DNA from: Iphione sp. A-MEVVRFRX5
Taxonomy: Eukaryota
Assembly (NCBI GenBank): GCA_976226885.1
Contig: OZ320313.1
Span: forward strand, 156,240,001-156,304,000
Direction of reading: 5' to 3'
DNA: 64,000 bases
The position numbers and the translations under genes were made by a program. Each line of letters begins with the position of its first letter. Positions within the stretch are counted from its first letter, which is position 1. The notes beneath the pieces are model-generated. The model was given only the letters and a program-made list of their open reading frames with translations. It did not search any database and was not told the origin of the DNA. Below, one piece after another: positions 28,501 to 41,800 of the stretch.

Positions 28501-31500
28501 AGCCAGTGTGCCATTCCCGTCCAGTAAGGCTGCTTGCCCTGCTCTGTCTACTACTGGCAGCGCCAGCTGTCGGTACTGTAGGTCTAGCTCGTTAAGTGCC
28601 GAATGTTGTCACGTTTCGAGCCCTCCTCGGACTAGACCAGGCCATGACCTTATGGTACTGTTGTCGCCTACCAGGCAAATCGAAGTGGTAACTTCTCTTT
28701 CAAAAAATATCAATTGGAATTCAAATATGCCGATGTAAATCAGTCATCATAGTACGGAAACGTGAAAAGATGCATTACATAAATGCACATTGGTTTTCCA
28801 GTATGATTAAAGCTGTCCATGCAGTGATAAGATGGCATCTTTATTAAGGAAATTCTGCCAGAAGAGATTTGGCTCTGCTAATTTCTCATGTTACTTTATA
28901 TGTCCCCCCTTCATCCGGTGCAATATCGGCCACTGCAGGCCTGGACGTGATAAAGAGAATGGCCTGGGGGTAATCATGAACGAAAAAATGGCCGCCATTT
29001 GATGACATTTGATTCCCTACCTGCGCTCTGCCCGCTCCACCTGAGCTGCCGTTCATGCTGGCACTTTGCCCCCGCCTCCCCGTTTTGTTGTGCAGCACAG
29101 CCTATCACGGAATGTCCACACAGAAGACCCAAACGACGAGTTTAACATTCACAACTACGCATATAAGATTCTGCAGTCTTTAAGGCGATAGGGGGCATTC
29201 CTCACTATAGAAAAGTCCACGAGCATTTCCGATGGCAGCTAGATTTGCCGGATGCAGACTCGTGGGTCGTGATATGTGTGTATGGCCTCGAGGGGGCAAG
29301 TATGGCCCAGTTGTATTGGAACTTACTGCCGCCAGAAGGCCAACCTTTCGGCGTTGGCCGCAATCATGGAGGGCGCTACCTGGAGGATTAAAGGCTGAGC
29401 CCCACACTCGCCAATAGCTCTCGTTCCAGACTACAGCAACTTTCACACACCAACAAACACAAGCTCAAAAACATACACACAAACGTAGAAACAAATACAC
29501 ACAGCGACGCAAACAGCGGCGCCATCATGCCCTGATGCTTGGCCAGCTGGTGCAGTAGCTGGGGGTCAAATTGAAGGGAAACGGTGCGGATGACAAGGTT
29601 AGCAACTTGGATAGAACATTGACCTCTCCCTGATGAATGTCGGTTTATTCCTACAACGATCCCCCGGTTTACGGAGTCCTTCAGATCCATTCCCGCCCGT
29701 CTGTAATCGGCTTCTAGAAGTAATTTCTATCAGGCTGAAACAACAAAACAACCTGTTTTGCCTCGCCTTCTATATATGAAACCAATGATTTGTGAGGGTT
29801 GTTTATCGATTCGGGGACAGCTAACCCTTACCCACTCGTTAAAAATGCAAATAGGCTCTCGTAGCCCATTCCCAGGCGAAGCGGTCGTTAACACGGGAAC
29901 CTGCAGAGCTGAGGTAAATAAACCAGTCCATTGGCCCTGCGTTGATTTCTGCATGAAATTCGTTACAATGCAAGACTTTCAATCCGCAGAAGTTAACCTT
30001 CAGTCGTGTAGCTCGTTCACCCTCGGAGTATCAAATATTGAAGGGAAAGGCCTTATCCACATGAGAGTTTTCGTGGAGAGCAGCATGTTCTACCGACCAT
30101 GTTACCGGCTTTGTTGGAACCGATCTACTCTAGTGGTTGACCTGTCAGTTGTAATCATGCAAGCGTAACTTTGAAAAATGCACTTGTTGTACATTCATCA
30201 GCCACCTACTTCTTCACGTTACCTCGGCAACCTTAGACCCCGCTGTGAATGATTAATGAGCTATGATACCGTGTTTCACACCATGCACGATTGGTTGGAT
30301 CAAACATATTAGATGTCTTTATTAGCTTCACTTACATGAAGTGTATTACAGATAAAGGAAATAGATATGCGTGATAAAACCTTACTCCTAATGTTGTACT
30401 ATTCTTATATTCCTGAAACTACCACTACAATGAACTCCATATCACTCTCTATCAAACACATCCTACCACCTTTTGCAAAAGCTGATTTATCGGAGCTTAA
30501 TACCAGAGTGATTGGAGCTATTGGCTTCCTGCCCTGCAGGGGAGCACCGGAAGACCTCCGAACTAGCCTCGGGGGCCAATGCCAGGCGTGGGAAAATGAT
30601 CAGGGCCTAGCTCTCTGAGGTTAGCAAGTTGGCAGAGTCAATCTAATAAGCTCATAGATGATCATCGGACTCGACAGTGTGTAAACAGTCTTTGCACCTC
30701 TCAATCTCTCTATCTCTCTGTCTCTCTCTGCCTATCCACCTCTCGCTCGCTCACATTCTCTCTCCCCCCCCCCACCAACCATCTCCTTCTCAAAGCCTCG
30801 AGCTATCTGTTCATTATGCACATTATAGCCGGACATGGACGTCCGATAATGTGATCGGGTCTGTTATAGGGCTTACATTAAATGTGTGAAGTCGGCGACA
30901 ATGTCTTTCTTATGGGTTAGAAGATCCAGCATCATTATACATACATGTACACATTGTACATACTGATCGGACAAGCCTCTGTCTTTCGCATCCTGACGTC
31001 ATAACACTTCCCCACAGGTTAATTCGTAGTCAAGCCCACGCACATCGCATGTCCTGAGGGACTGGTGCCGACTATCCACTTCGTTCCTACGCTCTCTCTA
31101 TTGGATCTCTCGTAGCAATTAACCGCCTGCAGGTGGTGCCTCGGCCCGTAGGTACCATTGACTTTGCTAATTGTTCCCGTCGCCGTCGCCACTTTGAGCA
31201 CGAGCCCGGTGGGGGGCCATGCTTGTAGGTGAACGGGCGACAAGCAGTGGGTCCTTTTTTTCGACGATCCCCGCGTCACTGTTTTGTGATTGTCACCAAG
31301 CGCCAAGTGACGAATGGTTGACATTCTCATTAAATTCCCATTTAAAGGTTAGAATACCCAGAGCTGACGCCTACAATGCCTTAATGAAGAGGAGGCCTTC
31401 ATAGTAGGAAAACATTGTTCGAATGTCGCGCTCATGAATTGATTGATATTGAACAACCGAGAGATGATTCCAGTAAATTCCTCGTTAAATTCAGCTTTAA

Positions 31501-32620
31501 TTCAACAGAGGTGGCGTAAAGGAATCGAGTATATGTACCAACCCCCCTCCCTTCAAATCAGATTGACCTCATGTAACGTTCTCTTCACTTATCAGGCCGC
31601 AGCGTGGATTTAGATAATAAGTACGTGTGTTTCCTCCCAGAAGAGCCGATATATCCTTGAAGATTCACTAATTGTACTCAAACCTTACATTTATCCATGT
31701 ATCAAGCACAGGCGACTCCAATAGAAATAATAATAATATACATTCTTTAGCATTTCACTCCTAGAACAGAAACGGGAGTAAAACGAATACGTTCGTAATT
31801 TGTTGGGCGCCAGGCGTTTTCGGAGCGTTGAGTAGAAAACACATCCATGGCCAGAAATAGAAGACTTGAACCTAACGTATGCCGTGCATGCATATCGGTG
31901 GAGGCACTGTTGACGGTGGCTTGTTGTGGATACCATCTATCCTCCAGGGTCCCTTTCTCCTCTACCCGGAAGTGCATCCCGGCCCCTCCTGACCATATTT
32001 CACACACAAACATGCTGCTACAACGTTGAGGTCCACTGCTAAACATTGGTGCAAGGTTTAGAGAAAGGAATCCAGGTAGAATGCACGCAAAGCGAATTCC
32101 TGGCGCGTACTCTGCTGTGTTTTGATTAGTAAGATTCCACTTGCATAACAGTCTCGAATCCTTAAAATGGCTCTATGATTGTACTCTTGGAGGGTTTCTG
32201 TTCCATGGGAAACGAAATGTGAGGAGACACTGGTGGTAGTAGCGATTTGGTGTTCTGTGGCTGGTGAGCGGAAGGGGTGTTAGGGGGTGAGAAGGTGTAA
32301 GCGGCGAATGGCAAGAGATGGTGGTGTGTGTGATATGCGATGGTAGTGGACAAGTTGGGCAATCGATAAGGAGTATTTGGAGGGGTAAATAAAGGATGCT
32401 GTTTGAATAACTATTTTATTGAGTTAAACTTTCTCGTCTATTCTCCTATGGTGATGGACAGGGATGCACACTTATTCCTTTACCATAGGCTGTTCAGTAT
32501 GCCTCCCACGTAAATGCAGTGATTTAAAGAGCTTTTTTACTTCCCAGGTGTAACTGCCTTACGATTACATTATTAGGAGAACTCATGAAACTTCTAATTG
32601 TCATACCTTTCCCCCGACAG

Positions 32621-32896
32621 GCTCAAGTGGCCCTCCTGACCTTCCAGCCCAGACAGCGCTACGCCTACGTGGAAGTGGCCCTGCGGGACAATACCATACC
32701 AGAAAACGTCAAAACCTTCTACGTCGAGCTGGTCAACCCGGGTGGTGGCGCCACGGTCGGTTTAGGAGGGCGTATCACGGTCAACATCGACCATTCGGAC
32801 CAGGCGTACGGCGTCTTCCAGTTCGACGATGCCTCCGTCGAAGTCATTACTCCCGAGAATGGTGGTTCTGACGGCTACCGCGAGGTGGCGTTAAAC
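32621..32896 (+). CDS. ADGRV1: ADGRV1 visible exon 1 (AQVALLTFQP...YREVALN), Calx-beta
   Basis: ccccgacag| acceptor, |gtaagt donor, 276 nt, phase 0-0; DNTIPENVKTFYVELVNPGGG motif. Confidence 0.93.
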
Positions 32897-35800
32897 GTAA
32901 GTGACTGCTGGCGGGGAGACAACCGAAGTGAAAAAAAAGCTCATCAATTGAGAACAGAGAGGAGAAATAGAGTAAGAAAAGAAAGAGGGGGGAATTTCTT
33001 GAACGTAGAATAAAACAGCATCAAAATATTTCACAAGTTCTTACTATGCAAAAAGGCTTATTGTAATAACATGTATGTATGTTCGTAAATGCCCTGCCAA
33101 CACGTGCCTAGTTTAATTAGACCAAGAAGCATAATTGCTGAATAAGGACCCTTTGAACATCACAAAATTTAATAACACATTTTACTCTATTAGGTTTGTG
33201 ATATTTGTTCATTGTTCCAAGTCAAATAGTGTATCGATATTGTAGGGGAGTGCAGTACGGTGCAGAATGCAGCATATGGCATATGTCCTGTGTCATGTGC
33301 AGCAGAGTGCTGCACTCCAGGGGGGCTATATAAGGACTGACCGCAGGGGCCCCCATCAGATTGCTTGGTGGAGTGCAGGAGCGAGGATGTAGCACTGAGA
33401 GGTAAGGTGGCATTGGAGCTAGCAGGGTGGCATCAGGACCATTCACAAAAGCTGTGGTGTTGGTATGAACACCCTGTAACCCTTTGTGGAGCTTCCCTCA
33501 GGTTAGGTTGACCCCCTTACCTCTGTAACCTGTGAATGGGACCATGCCCTAGCTGGCTTTCGGGCTGTAACCTTCAGCAGCTGATGTGACCTGGAACCAG
33601 CCACCCTGGTCACACTCCTGGCATGAGAGTGCACATAAGCTCTCCATGTGTAAGCTAGGGACATTGGTTTGACCACCACTGTAAACCTTTGAGGAGCTGA
33701 CGCCAGGATGGCTCCCCTCCTATCTCAGGGTCTACATGGTCAGTTGTGGAGTCCTAAGCTGGCCTACAGGCTGTAACCTTTGGGAGCTGGAGTGACCTGG
33801 TTAACCCTCCTGGTCACTCCATTGGACTTCCATGCCAGATAATTGAGTGTAGTCACACACCAGTGGATTTGCACCCACTGTAACCCCATGCCTATGGGGG
33901 TTGAGTGCTGGGGACAATGGGGATTAGCACAGTGCATGTGACTCCTTGCATGCCTGATCATGCCACCTGCCAAACATGTCATGCCTGAGTGATCACATGA
34001 CATCGCTGCTGCTCCCTTGGGACCATGACCAAGGTAGTCCTCCCATGTTATGGCCTGACTGGGGGCTAGGTGGGAGGACAATTAGCAGCCAGTTCATGGC
34101 GGCTGCTGTTGACAGCCCTGACCTCAGAGGTGATGTGGTGCACCAATTCCCAGCACCTGTGCATTCACCAGATGGCTGCCCTGCTACCAGCAATAGAAAT
34201 GGTGGGAGGGCCCTGAGCACAGCCATTTTGGTGTACCACGTTTCTCAGGTTTGGTTCCCAAGGACAGATGTCCCGCCCTTCCACAGAACTACATCTGGTC
34301 ACAGAAGGACTAGCCAGATACAGGCCTGCCTCGCAGGCGAAGGCCAGGGTGTCCCTGATGGTTCAATGCCCAACCCCCCCAGTCAAGTCAAGTCAGGCCC
34401 CCAGTCAGTTAGGTCTGGACCTTACTTCAGTTCAATAGAGCTTCTCCTATTGCAAAGCTGAGTCATGTCTCTGTTACATAGCGGCCGCTACAGTATGTTG
34501 CTCTAAGTACATTAAGATTCAGTGGCTCTTTTCCTGCACATTTAACACTAAATTGACAACATGGCAATAGCATATGCACAGATTATCCATGTTTACAAAC
34601 AAATTCATATAAAGCCGATAGCAGCATATTGGTAAGTAACAACGTGGATCAACACATGGCTTACCGGATCAGTCTCAAAGTCTTAGTCACTGGTTACCCT
34701 GAGATCGACAGAATCCTTCCTTTACCTTCTGTTATGACCTTCGCACGTGACAAGGCCAGGACCCAGCTTATCTGCAGTCCCCAGCGTCACAGGGGATAAT
34801 AGTATTTGATCATATCCCTGACATTCAAGATGGATTAAATGCCCCCTTCCCTCGCAGATCCACCCGATAAAGGTCGATGCCTTTATGTGCCCAAACGTCA
34901 ATCTATCGACTAAACACTAGACAATCCACACAAGGAAGATCGGTATGTTTGTAGGTATTAAGGCAGGCTTCAGCATGTTACAACTCCTATAGGATCATAA
35001 TAAAGCTTTAATATCTAGAAAACTTGATAATAATTCTGAAATAAAATGTCGGCATGATAATGCGACATCAATTGCAACACTATTGAGAGGTTTTCGCTCT
35101 GCGTTTGCGGTAGTCCGGAATTAGTCGTAACATTGAAATAGGGGTAAGGGTTTCTGATTTGGATATTTCTGTTGTCCCCTTCTCCCAGGTGATACGTGAA
35201 GGAGGGACAATCGGCGCAGCGAACGTCACGTGGGCTGTCCTGGGAAATGGTGTCGAAGACCTGGCAGAGACGGCGGGCCTACTTAGTTTTCAGCACGGCC
35301 AGCAGGAGGCGCAGCTACTACTACGCGTGCGGGATGACTCTGTGGCCGAGCTACAGGAGGACTTCGTCGTCCAACTTATGTCCGCCTCACAGGTCACAGC
35401 TTAATGTTTATAGAACGGAAGCCCCTTGATTAAAAAGCTTATTGTTTCATCATTGTTATGGTCCGGTGGTATAGGAAAGCCTATGCATAACTCGCAAGTT
35501 TGTATCGGAATTGAAGGTTCCTGTTAATATTAATTTAATAACATATATTTAAACACGTCGCAGCTGACTTATTTAAGTGTCTGCCACGGTAGTACACGTT
35601 ACCCCTGTAGCCAATTATGGTTTAACGCTTTTTCGATAATGCCAAGACTATACTCATATAGATATTTTGATCTTAGAGATAACGTCCTAGAATGTTATAT
35701 TCAAACAGAAAAGAAATGTACATCCTGACATGATTCGTGATAGGAAATTCCTGCCTGAAAAGACAACGAAATACACGTATTAACTAAAAAAAAAGGCTAC

Positions 35801-38800
35801 TGTCTATAGCATCGGTCCCCTACTCCAGTTAAACCTCACGGGTTTTATTTCCGTAGGATCCTAGGTTAGTATTGTACCCTTCTACTTGCCACTGATGCCT
35901 TCACGGGTCTCGATTTGCAGGGTACGATCGGCAGTCAGAACGTCGCCCTCGTCATCGTCGAGGCGAGCGATGATCCATATGGCGTTTACATCCTGTCGGC
36001 GGCCGCTCGACCCGTCCGCACTCCCGAAGAGGATACGGGTAAGATCAGCGTTAATATACAGTTAGAAAACATGCAAAGATAGCCAGTTGTACGGAAACAA
36101 TCACGCATCAACCTACAAAAAAGATGGCTTATATATAATAATGGTAATTTGGAATGAATGACAATGACTGAATGTAAATAGAATGCCTTGCAGTTTTTGA
36201 CACTTTTGTCTTCTTTAAAATTTGTAATCTTCATTATTGTTTGTGTAGCAGTCCCATGCTCTATTGCGTGACGGGGAAACGATTTAAATGAAGATGAATT
36301 TCGCCATTTTCAGTTCCGGATGACGCTATCTGCGTATAGAAAGTTTGCTGTCCATAAAATGATATAGTATTTTTTTTAATCCTTTAGCAGCTTGACTAAC
36401 AAGTCGGTACAGGGTTATGTTTAGTAACTCTCATGTCTAAGAATGCCATACCAAAAGGGGAATATGACATAAGCATGTTTTAGAATTTGAGTAGTTGGTA
36501 CGAAACCCTGCTTTAGTCCTACATTGAACCAACACATACATTGATAGCAATGTAAGAGACAAAGAGACCACACAAAAATAACACGGGAGCCTATTGGGGA
36601 GCTACCCAGAACGATTCTCTTCTATATTGGATGCAATTGTGAGAGTTGTTGAGTGACTCACACTCTTGTGGGCGGCGAACAGACCGCGGTAGACAGCTAC
36701 GCCGGCCACTATACCCTCCACCGACCTCCACATGCGTCTGGCGACGGGAAATCCTCCCCAGATGTGAGCGTATCCGGCTGTGTAACCAGCGTGCAACGTG
36801 ATTCACCGTTAAAAAGACCACCGAAAGGTCTCCGTTCTCCATCCATCCGACTTGAGCGCTAAGCGGGTGCTTCGACCTGGCAGTAATCGATGATTTAACC
36901 AAAACAGACGATTAGATAAGCAGTAGGTTTGATTACTACGCGAGAAGCCTTCGGCACGCTGATGTATTGGGCTGAGGGTGGATCAGACTGACATACTGAG
37001 CAGCTCAACTCGCACCTTTTTTTCATGTATGGACTGTTAAAACACTAAACACTGGTTGATCTTTCGGAATATAGAGTTGTATAACAGGCTTTGAACCTTC
37101 CGTCGAATCTTTATGTTGCGCTGGGCTATACGGCAGCATTCGACAAAGAAAGGTAAAAACAAAGCTGCATACGTATCTGCATATTATAACTCTACAGCCA
37201 CTTGCTTGCAAGTCGAAGAAGCCCATAATGTCCTAGTGTGAAGAAATTCCACTAGGGAGTGACATGTCCATAATAAGGTCATAAACAATGGACTCACGGG
37301 GTGCATGTTTTATCAGAAGTGATATCTCAGGATCCTGACAGGGACATTTAGTAAAGCGGTTTGTGACGCGTCAGTATCACCTTTGCCATAGCTATTCAAC
37401 AAACATCGCCCACAGAGTCAGTTTCATGGGTCTCTCCATCGGTCATGAATTTGGGGCCCGACTTCTGTCCGATAAAAACACTCCTAAGACAAGTTAAAAC
37501 ACTTGAATTCGTGCGGAAAACGAAATGTTGTGAGGTCTGGTGTCCCATGGGTCATTAGCTTTCTGAACTTTTTGTTCAGCTTTGATGGCGCCCCTCACGG
37601 GTCCATCTGATTGGCGCCACCTGCCGGCATGAGCATGCTATTACGGGGAGAGCTGCTCGTCCGCGGTCCGCTGCTGATGAGCTGAGCAGTTCAGTCCTTC
37701 CCCATTTTTCTCCACTTTGGTATTATTGTGACAGGGGATCTGACGGATATTCGTCCTCCCACAAAAGCCGTGCTACATCGAAAAAAAGTACGTTCTGCAG
37801 TTTCACACATGCCTGAGTGCTTGTATATATTGAAGCTCACACCCGGAATTAAAACTGTGGGGCTGCAGAGAATTATTCTCAAAATATTTTTCATAGTTTC
37901 GTGGATGTGTTTATTTAAGCATACTCGATTTTATTAACTTCCTTTTATCTAGGGTGGTTATCCATTTATCTACCTTTATTTGCTTCATCAAGAAAAATAC
38001 TGACTGAGAATACGAAATCTAAGGGACCTGATCGCCACAGCTACTCTGTCACATTTCCCTTGCCTCTGTAGCACATCAGAGACAGACAGGGAGGAGTTAT
38101 GTGAAAGTAACCAGAATACGTTTATATTCAGTTTAATGTGCATATACGTGTGCATTGGCTTGAGTTGAAAGTGGGGTTTAATTTTTTTCTCGGCATGTGA
38201 GTTCAACCGCCCGGTATTCTCCCTCTGCGACTTTGATGAATATTCCGTCTGGCCTGGGACTGCCCTTCTCTGGCCCACCTTGACATTCCTTCCTTCCACA
38301 AGCGTACCCGCAACACCACCAAATGTTTATTTCTGCCCTTGACGCCCATGCATATATATATATATATATATCCCCATTGAAATACACAAAACCAAGCGCT
38401 CATAACGCCTATGCTCTTGTACACGCAGATATAGAGGCACAATCGAAGAGAAGACCTAGCAAATGTAATGTAAAGGAAACCCAATCAGAGAAAGACTCCT
38501 TCTGCGTAGTCTGCATACACATGCATAATGTGACCGCACGTAGAAGCTGCTAAATGACAATACAGAACAAAAATAAATGTGTATCTCATGTTGCATAAAG
38601 CTTGCATACATACACACGTATCTGATTACATGTACAACTGTAAACATTTTACTATACTTATAGATTGTGTACATGTACATAACTTCTTCGGGTTTATGCC
38701 GTGAGTACCGCACAACACAGGCGATTAGGTGCGCCCCTTGAGAGAACATGACATACTAAAACGGAGGCAAAACTAGTCGAATCACGTTTGTAGTTCTGAC

Positions 38801-41800
38801 TTTGCCGTTCAGGTGAAAAACGTTGCGGTAGGTGTTCCTGTTCACGCTGAGGGAGGCATGGAAGGAGGGAGAACTGTGCCTCTGTAATTCCTATCGAACC
38901 GATGAGATTTCCTTCGTGCTTCCCACACCCAGTGCTACGAACCGCCCCAGGAATTAGAGCCCGTTACAAAACATCAATGAGGCAGGTGTTTCTGACGAGG
39001 CCGGAAACAGGAACCATCTGCTACGTTCGCCTACCGCTTCAAAGCCCGAATACAAGTTGTTTGAGAAGAACGGCGCACCTCTTGTCTTTTTGTACCATTA
39101 TTTTCCTCTTCAACAATGCATGCTTGCACTGGAGGCCGTAATTCCAAGAGAGGGGGAGGGCGGTTCGTGAGGGTAAAACGTGATCTATGTGCACACAGCC
39201 CATATACTATGACAAGGAAATTATTACTCTTTTTTATCGTACACGTCTTGTATTGAAGACAAAGGAAATTAAGGTATAGCTCTTATGGTTTGTAATGAGA
39301 CCTTACTCCGACCTGCCACCTTTCTGCTGAAAGAATACTTAAAGCATATGCAATATGCAGAGCCACATATATGTTTTGAAATACGACATATGACCTTTTT
39401 CTCACTTCAGATTGCACTCAATTATTATATATACAGAATATATATTAATGAATATTATATATTATAGTTAATACTATAATCAGCTGTGAAAACTATGGTA
39501 CTAGATTGACGTCTTAAAATACTCAATATATATGCATGTAAATGTAGACGTGTTCTTCTTCTTTGGGCGGCACTAGATTTAACCTAGCTGATTAATGCCA
39601 TTCTTAACTGACATGTACATGGCATAGCCACATATGAATAGTACCTAAATAGGCTTGCTGTCCTACTAAGAGACGTGCATGATACCTTCCAAGCCTTATC
39701 CGAGGGGATAACGTGAGGGCTCCGGAGAAACCTAGAACCCTAAACGGCCAGCTTCTCAGCAGGAAAGCTCCTTACAGTCGTCTGAGGTCTAAACTACTTA
39801 TTACATCGGACACCATGCACCTTACAGACCAGTCAGGTACTTCCTCTTGGTGGATTACCTTGGTTATTTCAGGGCACCTTATTGCCAGTTAGTGCTGCTA
39901 CTATACTTGATCGCCCGACCTTGTACACAGGGTGCGATTAGACCTCCTTCGAGAAAAGATCCGATAAAATATTGCAAGATGTTTAGATCAACGAAGTATT
40001 AGATTAGATAAGCCTAGAAGATTAATGTTGTAGTACCAACTGCCAATATGCTCTGGTCGACGGCGGATTGCACAGTGTAGAGAAACTTCCGCCCAAACAG
40101 CCAATCAACGTGCGGCGATTTACTCGGGCGCTTTCTTGTAAGCAATCAAAATATGAGGATGTACGTCACGTGATTGCCTAGCATTAGAGGACGCGAACTG
40201 ACTGGTACCATGTGCTGGTGATTGTACCTGTCCCGCTGCACTGGTGCCCGCACCCATCTCTCGCCGCTTCCTGTACAGGGAGGCCAACGGTCGGGTCGAC
40301 GTGTTACTGAGAATAATCCGGGCGCTCGTCGCTTCACTCGAAATCCTCTCAGTTCAACCTATTCCGCCTCTCCCTCTCTCTCCATGTGCTTCCTATTGGC
40401 AGACCTGGAAAGAAATTATTTTTTCCACCTATTTCGTTTTATGTTCGTTTCGCTATGTGTACTTCCATATCCCTTTTGAAACTATTCCGCGTACAGAGCT
40501 CTTCGGCGACATTTGAGTTGTTTCATAAAATTTCGTGTAACGGTAGTACAGGCACATGTGGTATTGAAATCTTTTCCGAATGCCAGTCGCGCTGTCACGC
40601 TTAAAATGTTACCACCATTTGGATGTCATAACTATTTCCTTAAAAAAATCCACAAAAGACATCATTTTAAATTGAGTTTTGCTACTGGTTGTTGCAATTT
40701 TTCCACAGAAATTTCTTCCCGTCGTTTTCGACGAAAAAAATGCGTTTATTACCTATCGCCTACAGTTCTTATTTTAGCACATAAACTACGCATTTGTGTT
40801 TGGAATGCCGTTTATTTGCTGAACATTATCTTTGCTATTCTAAGCAGGCACTATGCAGTCTAGAAAATACTGAATCATGCAACTAAAAGATGGGCGTACT
40901 CATGGAGCAATTTCACTGTAAAAATTTCGAGGTGGTCTCGGACACGTGCACATATATATGTCAGGGTTGTACTGTCAAAAGCTAATGTTAAGAAACTCAT
41001 AAAAAAAAACGTAGGCCTTTGCAAGCTTATGCCAAGATCAGAGTAACGAATATTATACGTCTGTCTTCTTATGATATCCAGAAGTTACGTTTTTCGTGGA
41101 ACGTCGGGAATTCTCGGGACTCTTCGGCCGTGTCAACGTGACGTGGCGCACTCTGGCGGCGGCCGAACTATATCCCTACTTGCCTGGGGGCACCCTGCGC
41201 GCGCAGCCGTCCGACTTTGCGGAGACGTCCGGGTGGGTGGTGTTCGAACCCGGGGAAACGAGCAGCTCCTTCAACCTGAGCATCTACGACGACGATGAAC
41301 CGGAGGTGGACGAGTCGGTGTTTGTTTTACTCACCGGCGCAGACCTCATCCAGGGCGACCAGCAAGCACCAGGTGCTTTTTGAAGGCTTTAAGTCCGTAG
41401 TGTTTACTATGGGTGTTGTTTCTCTCCCCCCCACAGTATTGATGATATGCAAATATTAATACACTTTAAAAATCCATTCGATCTAAATCAGTCTGTTTTG
41501 ATTGTTTCGCTTCGAGTTCTTGAAAACGGTACATAATTTTGATTCTTCAAAGTCTTACACGAGATTTGAAAATGATCAATCACTCTCTTGATCGATTTGT
41601 TCCTTCCAGGCGGTCGCCCTTTTTGTTACAGTCCCCACTACATTTGACAACGTAACCGGTGTTCAAAAGAGAGAATGGTGGAAATTGTGTTAATGTCTCA
41701 AGCATGGTCTATGCCTTTGCTGTGTGAATTTGTGAAATAATACTAGTAAAAGTTACATAATTACCAACACCACTTGGTAAATTACAGTAATGCATTTCTC

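Noticed and set aside
29655-29720. SYNDPPVYGVLQI resembling the Calx-beta NDxPYGxLQF motif
   Set aside because: Stops on both sides and no usable splice sites; likely chance
36590-36900. Minus-strand cccgcttagcgctcaagtcgg resembling a tRNA/SINE head, with a GAAA-loop hairpin
   Set aside because: No B-box (GTTCGA) or cloverleaf
40279-40345. EANGRVDVLLRIIRA after a cag acceptor, Calx-beta-like
   Set aside because: Exons 3 and 4 already join in frame with continuous homology; no donor or continued similarity
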